A stretch of DNA of 64,000 nt from NCBI RefSeq assembly GCF_009914755.1, contig NC_060942.1. The stretch is one strand, 5' to 3'. The notes below the pieces were generated by a model, which had not been told where the DNA came from, ran no database searches, and saw nothing but the letters and a program-made list of their open reading frames with translations. Of this stretch, positions 10,901 to 33,407 are shown piece after piece. Origin of the DNA: the human T2T-CHM13v2.0 reference genome, Homo sapiens. Made by a program: the position numbers and the translations under genes. Each line of letters opens with the position of its first letter. The stretch's first letter is position 1.

Positions 10901-13325
10901 AACTGCTAAAAGGAGCTCTAAATCATGAAACAAATCCTGGAAACACATCAAAACAGAACTTCATTAACGCATAAATCACACAGGACCTATAAAACAAAAA
11001 TACAAGTTAAAAAACAAAAACAAAGTACAGAGGCAACAAAGAGCATGATGAAAGCAATGGTACCTCACTTTTTAATACTAATGTTGGTTGTAAATGGCTT
11101 AAATGCTCCACTTACAAGATACAGAACCACAGAATGGATAACAACTCACCAACTAACTATCTGCTGCCTTCAGGAGACTCACCTAACACATAACGACTTA
11201 CATAAACTTAAGGAAAGTGGTAGAAAAAGGCATTTCATGCAAATGGACACCAAAAGCAAGCAGCAGTAACTATTCTCATATGAGACAAAACAAACTTTAA
11301 AGCAACAGTAGCTAAAAGAGACAAAGAGAGACAGTATATCATCTGTCACCTGACAGTCTCATCCAACAGAAAAATATGACAATCCTAAACATATGTGAAC
11401 CTAACACTGGAGCTCCCAAATTTATAAAACAATTACTAGTAGACATAAGAAATAAGATAGACAGCAACACAATAATAGTGGGGGACTTCAATACTCCACT
11501 GACAGCACTAGACAGGTCATCAAGACAGAAAGTCAACAAAGAAACAATGGATTTAAACTATACTTTGGAACAAATGGACTTAACAGATATATATAGAACA
11601 TTTCATCCAACAACCACAGAATACACATTCTATTCAACAGCACATGGAATTTTCTCCAAGATAGACCATATGATAGGCCATAAAATGAGTCTCAATAAAT
11701 TTAAGAAAATTGAAATTGTATCACGCACTCTCTCACATCACAATGGAATAAAACTGAAAATCAACTCCAAAAGGAATCTTCGAAACCATGCAAATACATG
11801 GAAATTAAATAACCTGCTCCTGAATGAGCATTGGGTGAAAAACGAAATCAAGATGGAAATGTAAAAAATTTCTTCGAACTGGATGACACAACCTATCAAG
11901 ACCTCTGGGATACAGCAAAGGCAGTGCTAAGAGGAAAGTTTATAGCACTAAACACCTACGTCGAAAAGTCTGAAAGAGCACAGACAATCTAAGTTCACAT
12001 CTCAGGGAACTAGAGAAGGAGGAACAAGCCAAACCCAATCCCAGCAAACAAAGGAAATAACCAAGATCAGAGCAGAACTAAATGAAATTGACACAACAAC
12101 AACAACAACAAAAATACAAAACATAAATAAAACAAAAATTTGGTTATTTGAAAAGATAAAATTGATAAACCATTAGCAAGATTAACCAAGAAAAGGAGAG
12201 AAAATCCAAATAACCTCACTAAGAAATGAAACAGGGGATATTACAACTGACACCACTGAAATATTAAAGATTATTCAAGGGTACTATGAACACCTTTTAG
12301 CACATAAACTAGAAAACCTAGAAGAGTTGGATAAATTCCTGGAAAAATACAACCCTCCTAGCTTAAATCAGGAAGAATTAGATACCCCAAGCAGACCAAT
12401 AAAGCAAGCAGCAAGATTGATAGGGTAATTTAAAAATTACCAACAAAAAAAGCCAAGGACCAGACGGATTCACAGCAGAATTCTACCAGACATTCAAAGA
12501 AGAAATGATACCAATCCTTTCACACTATTCCACAAGACAGAGAAAGAAGAAACCCTTCCAATTCATTCTATGAAGCCAGCATCAGCCTAATACCAAAACC
12601 ATGAAAGGACATAACCAGAAAAGAAAACTACAGACCAATATCCTTAATGAACGCAGATGCCAAAATCCTTAACAAAATACTATCTAACTGAATCCAACAA
12701 CATATCAAAAAGATAATCCACCAAGATCAAGTGGGTTTCATACCAGTGATACAGGAATGGTTTAACATATGCAAGTCAATAAATGTGATACACCAAATAA
12801 ACAGAATTTAAAAAAAACTCACATGATTATATCAACAGATGCAGAAAAAGCATTCAACAAAATCTAGCATTGCTTTATGATTAAAGCTCTCAGCAAAATA
12901 GGCATACAAGGGACATACCTTAATGTAATAAAAGCCATCTATGACAAACCCACAGCCAACATAATACTGAATGGGGAAAAGGTGAAAGCATTCCCTTTGA
13001 GAATTGGAACAAGACGAGGAGACTACTCTCACCACTCCTCTTCAACATAGTACTGGAAGTCCTAGCCAGAGCAATCATACAAAGGAAGGAAATAGAGGAA
13101 ATCCAAATCGGTAAAGAGGAAGTCAAACTGTCACTGCTTGCTGACAATATGATCTTTCACCTTGAAAACCCTACAGACTCCTCTAGAAAGCTCCTAGAAC
13201 TGATAAAAGAATTCAGCAAAGTTTCCAGATACAAGATAAATGTACACAAATCAGTAACTCTTCTATACATCAACAGCTACCAAGCAGAGAATCACATCAA
13301 GAACTCAACCCCTTTTACAATAGCT

Positions 13326-13358
<33 letters not shown>

Positions 13359-13430
13359 TAGGAATATACCTAGCAAAGGAATCAAAAGACCTCTACAATG
13401 AAAATTACAAAACACTGCTGAAAGAAATCA

Positions 13431-13706
<276 letters not shown>

Positions 13707-14917
13707 TTACCATTCTGTTAAAGGCAATCTACAAATTCAATGCAATCCCCATCTGAACACCACCATCATTCTTCACAGAATTACAAAAACGATTCTAACA
13801 TTAATATGGAACCAAAAGAGAGCCATGTAGCCAAACCAAGGCTAAGCAGAAAGAACAAACCTGGAGGCATCACACTACTTGATTTCAAACTGTACAATAA
13901 GGCCACAGTTACCAAAACAGCATGGTACTGGTTTAAAAATAGGCATATACACCAATGGAACAGAAGAGAGAACCCAGAAATTAACCCAAATACTTACAGC
14001 CAACTGATCTTCAACAAAGTAAACAAAAACATAAAGTGGGGAAAGGACACCCTTTTCAACACATGATGTTGGGATAATTGGTGAGCCACATGTAGGGGAA
14101 TAAAATTGGATTCTCATCTCTCACCTTATATAAAAATCGACTCAAGATGGATTAAGAACTTAAACCTAATACCTGAGCTATAAAAATTCTAGAAAATAAC
14201 ACTGGATAAACCCTTCTAGACATTGGCATAGGCAAGGATTTCATGATGAAGAACCCAAATGCAAATGCAATAAAAACAAAGATAAATAGTTGGGACTTAA
14301 TTAAACTAAAGAGCTTTTGCATGGCAAAGGGAACAGTCAGCAGAGTAAACAGACAACCCACAGAGTGGGAGAAAATCTTCATAATCTATACATCTGACAG
14401 AGGACTAATATCCAGAATCCACAACAAACTCAAACAAATCAGTATGAAAGAAAAAAACAACCCCATCAAAAAATGGGCTAAGGACATGAATGGACAGTTC
14501 TCAAAAGAAGATATGCAAATGGCCAACAAACATAAATAAAAATGCTTAATATCACTAATGATCAGGGAAATGCAAATCAAAACCACAATGCAATACCACC
14601 TTACCTCCTGCAACCCAAAAATAAAAAAACAGTAGATGTTGCCGTGGATGCAGTAAACAGGGAACACTTCTACACTGCTGGAGGGAATGTAAACTAGTAT
14701 GCCACTATCAAAAATAATGTGGAGATTCCTTAAATAACTAAAAGTAGAACCACCATTTGATCCAGCAATCCCACTACTAGGTATCTACCCAGAGGAAAAT
14801 AAATCATTATTCAAAAAAGATACTTGCACACGCAAGTTTATAGCAGTACAATTCACAATTGCAAAATCGTGTAACCAACCCAAGTGCCCATCAGTCAACA
14901 AGTGGATAAAGAAACTG

Positions 14918-15027
14918 TGAGATAGATATATATAGATAGATATATAGATATATATATATAGATAGATAGATAGATATAGATAAATATATATAGATATCTA
15001 TAGATATATAGATATAGATATATATAA
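14918..15027. repeat. (TA)n/(GATA)n compound microsatellite within L1PB
   Basis: Seen directly. Confidence 0.9.
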
Positions 15028-15411
15028 TGGAATACTATGTAGCCATAGAAAGGAATGAATTAACAGCATTTCCTGTGACCTGGACGAGATTGGAGACTAT
15101 TGTTCTAAGTGATGTAACCCAGGAATGGAAAACTCAACATTGTATGTTCTCACTGATATGTAGGAGCTAAGCTATGAGGACACAAAGGCATAAGAATGAT
15201 GCAACGGACTTTGGGGACTTGGGAGGAAGAGTGGGAGGGAGGCGAGCAATAAAAGACTATGAATATGGTGCAGTCTATACGGCTTGGGTAATGGGTGCAC
15301 CATAATCTCACAAATCACCGCTAAGGAACTTACTTATGTAACCAAATACCATCTGTACCCCGATAACTTATGAAAAAATTAAATAAAAATAATAAATGAA
15401 AAATAAAGTAT

Positions 15412-16520
15412 AACACACCAAGAAAGTGAAGAGATAACCCACAGAATGGGAAAAAATGATTGCAAACTATCCATCTGACAAAGGATTAATAACTGCAATA
15501 TGTAAGAAGCTCAAACAACTCTACAAGAAAAAATCTAATAACCTGGTCAAAAATGGCCAAAAAGATTTGAAGATATATTTCTCAAAAGAAGACATACACA
15601 TGGCAAACAGGCATATGAAAAGGTGCTCAAAATCATTGATAGAGAAATGCAAATCGAAACTGAAGTGTGACATCATCTCACTGGAGTTAAAATGGCTTAT
15701 ATGCAAAATACAGGAAATAACAAATGCTAGCGAGAATTTGGAGAAAAGGGAACCCTCATTTACTGTTGGTGGGAATGTAAATTAGTACAACCACTATAAA
15801 CAACAGTTTGGAGGTTCCTCAAGAAACTAAAAATTAAGCTACCACATTATCCAACAATCCTACTGTTGGGTATATACCCAAAAGAAAGGAAATCAGTATG
15901 TTGAGATATCTGTACTCCTGTGTTTGTTGCAGCACTATTTACAATAGCTAAGATTTGGAAGCAACCTGAGTGTCCATCAAGAATGGATTAAAAAATGTGG
16001 TACATACACACCATGGAGTACTATTCAGCCCTAAAAAAGAATGAGAACCAGTCATCTGCAAGGCCATGGATGGAACTGGAAATCATTGTGTTAAGCAAAA
16101 TAGCCAGCCACAGAAAGACAAACATCATATGTTCTCACTTATTTGTGGGATCTCAAAATCAACCCACTTGAACTCATGAACATAGAGAGAAGGATGATTA
16201 CCAAAGGCTGGGAAGGATAGTGGGGAGCTAGGGTGAGGTGGGCATTGCTCATGGGTACAAAAAATAATTAGAATGAATGAGAGTCACTATTTGATAGCAC
16301 AATAGGGTGACAATGGTCAATAATAACATAATTGTACATTTTAAAATAACTTAAAGTGTAATTAGATTGTTCACAACTCGAAAAATAAATGCTTGAGAGG
16401 ATGGATGTCCCATTCTTTGTGATGTGATTATTTAATTTTGTATGTCTGTATCAAAACATCTCATTTATGTTATAAATATATACACCTATGTACCCACAAA
16501 AATTAAAAATTAAAAAATTA
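15412..16520 (+). mobile_element. L1MA-type 3' fragment
   Basis: ORF2 C-terminal remnants ([18 protein letters not shown]) and L1MA 3' UTR ending GTACCCACAAAATTAAAAATTAAAAAA. Confidence 0.85.
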
Positions 16521-17199
16521 TAAGACAGTTGACTCAATTTGAATTTTGGGTAATGTTATTATTTGTATAAATATCTTCCAATACTTGCTTAAACACATTA
16601 CACATAAATATGCAAATATTGCTTAGCTATACTAAAATGTTATTCATTGCTCATCCCAATTTTAAACTTTACTGTGTTCCTTATATTTTCTTTCAGTAAA
16701 TCTGACACATTCATTTTAAAAGTATCATAGGATTTACAATAACATAGTACAGATGTGAGGAAAAAAGAATAAAATAAAAATCCTTAGAGGTCATATGGGT
16801 TGGTAAGAGTATAAAAGAAAACTGAGTCCCATATGATACATTAAAAACATAAATCAGGATGTACATCTCAGCTCTCACCAGGAGACGTGGCAACCAGAAT
16901 GTCCTTGGGCTGAGGGTGAAGTCCCTGACCACTCTCAGAGACAGACAATGCAAATCAAGTTCATTCTAACTGTGCTTGATTAACCTTCAAAATTGTGTAA
17001 GTCCCTAAGCATATATATAATCATGAGTAGTTGTGGGGAAAATAACACCATTAAATGTACCAAAACAAAAGACCGATCACAAACACTGCCGATGTTTAGA
17101 TCAGATGTGTGAAGCAAAGAAAGAGAGTATAATAAAAAATAATTTAAAGAAAATAGAGCTTGATAAATCTGTTTCTTCATCTTCATAATAATGTCAAAT

Positions 17200-18360
<1,161 letters not shown>

Positions 18361-18364
18361 ATAA

Positions 18365-18659
18365 CTTTTTTTTTTTTTTTTAAACAGAGTCTCACTCTGT
18401 CACCCAGGCTGGAATGCTGTGGCTAGATCTCGGCTCACTGCAACCTCCACCACCCTGGTTCAAGCGATTCCTCTGCCTCAGCCTCCCAAGTAACGGGGAT
18501 TACAGGTTCCTGCCACCGTGCCTGGCTAATTTCTGTATTTTTAGTAGAGAGGGGGTTTCACCATCTTGACTAGGCTGGTCTTAAACTCCTGACCTCGTGA
18601 TCCACCGGCTCGGCCTCCCAAAGTGCTGGGATTACAGAAGTGAGCCACCGCGCCCAGCC
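18365..18659 (-). mobile_element. AluS
   Basis: Poly(T) followed by a full antisense Alu. Confidence 0.93.
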
Positions 18660-19584
18660 AACGTTTCTTTTTTAAAGTGTGCAAGCTCTTTGACCATCAT
18701 GTCTCTGTGCATCACTGCAATAAGATAACCAGAGCAACTGTTTCCACCGTGGAGTTGGGAGGAGATAAAGACACATCCTTTGTGCTTTGGGCGCTCTTAT
18801 CAGGATCAGGGAGGCCCCTGCCCTCTGATTTTCTCTCTCTTAAATGTACAAAGTACAGAGATTTTTATCATGAATAATTTTAAGAGAAATTAAAAATTCT
18901 ATATTGTTCAAGGACATGCAGGTTTTCTATTGATCATGTTTCCTCTTGATATTATTAGGCCCTGGCCAGCCGCAAATGAACAATCTCTATCATCAACATT
19001 GTGTTCCTTTGCGTTTTAACCTTTCCTGATTCCATTCTCTCTACCTTTTATTTTGAAGAAGCATAGACACCAGAAAACCCTATCCCTACCAAATGCCAAA
19101 AAAAAAAACCCTAAAATTGTAAATATTAACATTTACAAGTCACATTTGGGAATATATAATTTAATTAGAAAATTACAATTTTAAACTTTCAGAGGAAGTG
19201 GTAGTAATATAAAACAGAGGACATTTTTATAATAAGGAACTCTTATATTTTGCAAATTATTATTCTCTCATCACCAAATAGTGCTACCTAAAGTAATATA
19301 CAACCAATTTAATAAGTTTAGTTTTAAAAAACACAAAATTACAAAACAATTAATACAATATTTGAAATTATGATGCATATTGCCAGCCTCCCTTCAGGTA
19401 AAATTCTATTAACTCTACAAAAATTTTCTAAATGGCAGATGTTACATTTCCAGAAAGCTTTGTGGTAACCAAAAAAGAATTGATTTATTAGCAATTTTTA
19501 TATCACACTGAGACAAAATATTATTTGTGATAAATATTGTTATGTATTTAAAACATCTCATGTATTAAGAAATCATACTTTAGA

Positions 19585-24085
<4,501 letters not shown>

Positions 24086-27000
24086 TTTACATAAATGCAT
24101 AAAGTCTAGAACAGCTAATATATTATAATGAAATATCAACTATAATCCCAGCTCAAACAGAACACCATGAAATTATGAAGGGCTTTCCACAAATCTCTAA
24201 ATTTATGTCTTCATAAGATTACATTTCTATTTCTTCTTGAATAATTTCCTTATTTGAGCTATGATTTAGTGATAGTAAGACGGTAATTATAAGGAGAAAC
24301 TTCTCCCAACACTCCATTGAGAAAATTCTGCCTCATTTCACCACACACCAGAGTCTTAAGCAGTCACTTCTAATGTAGCTGAACAATAGATCCTCACCCA
24401 CCTGAGTCTATGAATTGAATCAACATATGTGAGATAAGGCCCCCAAGGAGTGGTAGTAAGCTGGGAATGCCATCAGCTCATCTTCCTTCAGGCCTATATT
24501 TGTCATTGTCACTTGTAGAAGCAGGACAGCCCTGGCGTTGGGGTTGTTAGAAACAGAGAGTATCAAAGGGAAAACTGAAGTTCCCTAATTTTTGGAAAAC
24601 AGCAGATTGGAGACAGATGGGCTCCAGCGTTTTCCATGTGTGAGGTCATTATCCCAGGTAGCCTTGCTCAGGACCTCAGGACCACATTTCTTGTCAGCAA
24701 AACAGAAGTCAAATGATATTTCTACCTTCCAAGAGAATAGAACATAATGTCAGATTTTCTCATGGATTCCCACAAGTTCAAGAAACTTTCATGGCCTTAT
24801 TTAACTGCTTAAGCATTTCAACTAAAAAATTGTCTTTCAAATACACAGGAATCTATTTGGAATAATTTTAACCAGAAAAAGTTGGAATTCTAAAGTAAAA
24901 AATGCATAAGGCAATCAAAATTTTTTACAGCTTTTAATTTAGATGTCAATGGGGAAAAAAACATTCTCTGAAATTTGCTTTTATACCATTAAAGACTTAT
25001 TTTTTACTACCAGCAATACAGGGCAACTCATTCAGGTTGAATCTTGAAGGTAAACTTTAACTTAATTTTAAGTTTTGGCTAATTTTTAAGCATTTATCAA
25101 TCACCTACCATGATTTCATCTCAGAAACCAAAATCTCAATTTCATTTAGGCCTTTGAAATATTAAAACAGAAGGTTAAATGCTTCAAAAAAATATTCATG
25201 TAGAGGCTTATATATGTGGACCAGGAATCTCCCTGTATTACAAAGCTTATGAGAACATAACAAATGTTGATACACACATTTAATTCTAAAATAAAAACTT
25301 ACAACAAATAAAACTGTAACAAATCAAGAAAATTTTGTAGGTTTCACATTTTATGTCTGAAAATATAGGTATAAACACTCAAGGAAGGATAAAAGAAATC
25401 ACAAGAGAAAATAGAAAATATCTAGAGACAAATTAAAAATATGAAATACTGAAAGAGATACATCAAAAACAATACCATAAGGGAAAAATTTATAGCTATA
25501 AATGATAAAAAATAAGATACCGAATAAACAACTTTACTCCTAAGGAACTAGAAACAGAGGGAAAAAGAGGGACTACTAAAAGAGGGACAACTAAAAGCTA
25601 GCAAAATTTTAAAAATGATAAAGACAGCAGTGGAAATAAGTGAAATAGAGAAGAGAAAAACAATATGAAAAATCAACAAAACCAAGTTTGTTCTCTGAAA
25701 AAGATCAAAACTGACAAAATTTTATCTAGATTGACTAAGGAAAAAAAGGGAATACTCAAATTACTAAACTCAAAAATAAAATGGGTACATTACTAACAAA
25801 TTTTTGGAGTAAAAAAAGGATGTATGAGAGTACCATAAGGAACTATACACTAAAAAATTGAATAACCTAAATAAAATGAACAAATTCCTAGAAACAAAAA
25901 ACCTACTAAGACTGAATCAGAAAAGTTGAATAAACCTATTCAGCAAGGAGATTCACCAAGAAGATGACATCAGTAATCAAAAACCCAGCAACAAAGAAAA
26001 GCCTGGACAAGATGGCTTCACTGTTGAAATCTACCCAACGTTTAAAGCAGAATTAACACCAGTTTTTCTCAAACTTTTTCAAAACGTTGAAGAGGAGGTA
26101 ACATTTTCTAACATATTCTATGCAGACAGTATTACCCCGACACCAAGTCAGACAAAGGCACCATAAGAAAACTACAAACAAACATCCCTTACAAATGCTG
26201 ATGCAAAAATCCTCAACAAAATACCAGCAATTCAAATTTAGCAGTACATTAAAAGGATTATACACTATGAATGAGTATAATTGACTCCTGAAATAAAAGT
26301 ATGTTCCAACACATGAAAATCAGCATATCACATTAACATAAAGAAGGAAAAAACCCTCATGTGATCATCTTAATCAAAGAAGAAAAAGAATTTGTCAAAA
26401 TTTAACCCACATTCATGATAAAATATACTTAATAAGCTATAAAAAGGAATAAAACACCTTAACATAAGGTTATATTAAAAAAATACACAGCTAACATTAT
26501 AATGAAAGACTGAAAGCTTTTACCCTAAGAGCAAAATCAAGGATGCCTGCTTTTACTACTTCTATTTAATATAGTACTGAAGGTTCTAGTTAGTTAAAAC
26601 AATAAGGCAAGTAAAACAATAAAACATATTCCAATTTTTAAAAAAGTAAAATTTTCTGTTCGCAGATGACATAACCTTGTATATTAAAAATCTTTTAGTT
26701 TCTGTGAGATAAACTATCAGATGCAATAAATAACATTCAGCAAAACTGCAGGATACAAAATCAACACACAAAAATCGGTCGTATTTCTACAATAACAAAC
26801 CATCTGAAGAAGAAATCAAGACAACAGTATCATTTATGATAGCATCAAAAGAATAAAATACTTAGAAACCAATTTAACCAAGGAAATGAGAAACCTGTAC
26901 AGCAAAAGTATAAACATTGCAGGAAAGTATTAAAGATAACACAAATAAATGAAAAGACATCATGTGTTTATGGACTGGAAGACAAAACCTCATCAAGATT

Positions 27001-28498
27001 CCATTGTTATCAATAGTCATCTACAGATTCAATAAAATCACTATAAAGATTCCAATATTTGCAAAAATACAAAAACCTATTCTAAAATTCAGATGAAATC
27101 TCAAAAAACCCCAAGTAGCCAAATCAATCTTAAAAACTAACAAAATTAGAGGACTAACACCTCCTGGTTTCAAACTTACTGCAATGCTTCAGTACCCAAA
27201 ACAATGCTGTACCACCATAGAGACAGACATAAAGACCAATGCAATAGAAATAAAGAACCAAAAAACACAGTCATGATTTTTAACAAGGGAGTCAAAACTA
27301 TGGGGAAAGGACAGTATATTTTTAAACGGTGTTAAGAATGAATATTTACATGGAAAACAATACAGTTGGAGCCTTATTTTACACCATATAAAAAACTTAA
27401 TTTAAAATGGACTAAACATCTAATTGTAAGAGCTAAAACTATAAAACCCTTAGAAGAAACATAGGAAAAATGTTTCATAACATAGAATCTGGCAATAATT
27501 TCTTGGATATGACAGTGAAAGCACAGACAACAACAACACCAAAAATACATAAAAAGAACTTCATCAAAGTGACAAGCTGTTATGTATCTGAAGACACAAT
27601 CAATAGATTGAAAATGGAATAGGAACAGCTCTGGTCTACAGCTCCCAGCGTGAGCGATGCAGAAGACGGGTGATTTCTGCTTTTCCATCTGAGGTACTGG
27701 GTTCATCTCACTAGGGAGTGCCAGACAGTGGGCGCAGGTCAGTGGGTGCACGAACCGTGCACAAGCCGAAGCAGGGTGAGGCATTGCCTCACTCGGGAAG
27801 CGCAAGGGGTCAGGGAGTTCCCTTTCCTAGTCAAAGAAAGGGGTGACAGACAGCACCTAGAAAATCGGGTCACTCCCACCCGAATACTGTGCTTTTCTGA
27901 CGGGCTTAAAAAAACGGCGCACCATGAGATTATATCCCACACCTGGCTGGGAGGGTCGTACGCCCATGGAGTCTCGCTGATCGCTAGCACAACCGTCTGA
28001 GATCAAACTGCAAGGTGGCAGCGAGGCTGGGGGAGGGGTGCCCGCCATTGCCCAGGCTTGCTTAGGTAAACAAAGCAGCCAGGAAGCTCGAACTGGGTGG
28101 AGCCCACCACAGCTCAAGGAGGCCTGCCTGCCTCTGTAGGCTCCACCTCTGGGGGCAGAGCACAGACAAACAAAAAGCAGTAACCTCTGCAGACTTAAAT
28201 GTCCCTCTCTGACAGCTTTGAAGAGAGCCGTGGTTCTCCCAGTACACAGCTGGAGATCTGAGAATGGGCAGACTGCCTCCTCAAGTGGGTCCCTGACTCC
28301 TGACCCCTGAGCAGCCTAACTGGGAGGCACCCCCCAGCAGGGCACACTGACACCTCACATGGCAGGGTACTCCAACAGACCTGCAGCTGAGGGTCCTGTC
28401 TGTTAGAAGGAAAACTAACAAACAGAAAGGACATCCACACCAAAAACCCATCTGTACATCACCGTCATCAAAGACCAAAAGTAGATAAAACCACAAAG

Positions 28499-29515
28499 AC
28501 GGGGAAAAAACAGAACAGAAAAACTGGAAACTCTAAAAAGCAGAGCGCCTCTCCTCCTCCAAAGGAATGCAGTTCCTCACCAGCAATGGAACAAAGCTGG
28601 ATGGAGAATGACTTTGATGAACTGAGAGAAGAAGGCTTCAGACGATCAAATTACTCTGAGCTACGGGAGGACATTCAAACCAAAGGCAAAGAAGTTGAAA
28701 ACTTTGAAAAAAATTTAGAAGAATGTATAACTAGAATAACCAATACAGAGAAGTGCTTAAAGGAGCTGATGGAGCTGAAAACCAAGGCTCGAGAACTACG
28801 TGAAGAATGCAGAAGGCTCAGGAGCCGATGCGATCAACTGGAAGAAAGGGTATCAGCGATGCAAGATGAAATGAATGAAATGAAGCGAGAAGGGAAGTTT
28901 AGAGAAAAAAGAATAAAAAGAAATGAGCAAAGCCTCCAAGAAATATGGGACTATGTGAAAAGAACAAATCTACGTCTGATTGGTGTACCTGAAAGTGACA
29001 GGGAGAATGGAACCAAGTTGGAAAACACTCTGCAGGATATTATCCAGGAGAACTTCCCCAATCTAGCAAGGCAGGCCAACATTCAGATTCAGGAAATACA
29101 GAGAACACCACAAAGATACTCCTCGAGAAGAGCAACTCCAAGACACATAATTGTCAGATTCACCAAAGTTGAAATGAAGGAAAAAATGTTAAAGGCAGCC
29201 AGAGAGAAAGGTCGGGTTACCCTCAAAGGGGAGCCCATCAGACTAACAGCTGATCTCTCAACAGAAACCCTACAAGCCAGAAGAGAGTGGGGGCCAATAT
29301 TCAACATTCTTAAAGAAAAGAATTTTCAACCCAGAATTTCATATCCAGCCAAACTAAGCTTCATCAGTGAGGGAGAAATAAAATATTTTACAGACAAGCA
29401 AATGCTGAGAGATTTTGTCACCACCAGGCCTGCCCTAAAACAGCTCCTGAAGGAAGCACTAAACATGGAAAGGAACAACCGGTACCAGCCACTGCAAAAT
29501 CATGCCAAAATGTAA
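28499..29515 (+). pseudogene. L1 ORF1p frame, uninterrupted but start codon ATG>ACG; next in-frame ATG at 28586
   Basis: ACG GGG AAA AAA CAG AAC AGA (xGKKQNR); 309-aa ORF from 28586 ending ...QPLQNHAKM. Confidence 0.9.
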
Positions 29516-29578
29516 AGACCATCGAGACTAGGAAGAAACTGCATCAACTAACGAGCAAAATAACCAGCTAACATCATC

Positions 29579-33407
<3,829 letters not shown>

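Noticed and set aside
11343-11356. Small hairpin CTGTCA-CC-TGACAG in L1PB ORF2
   Set aside because: 6-bp stem; expected by chance or a minor repair scar.
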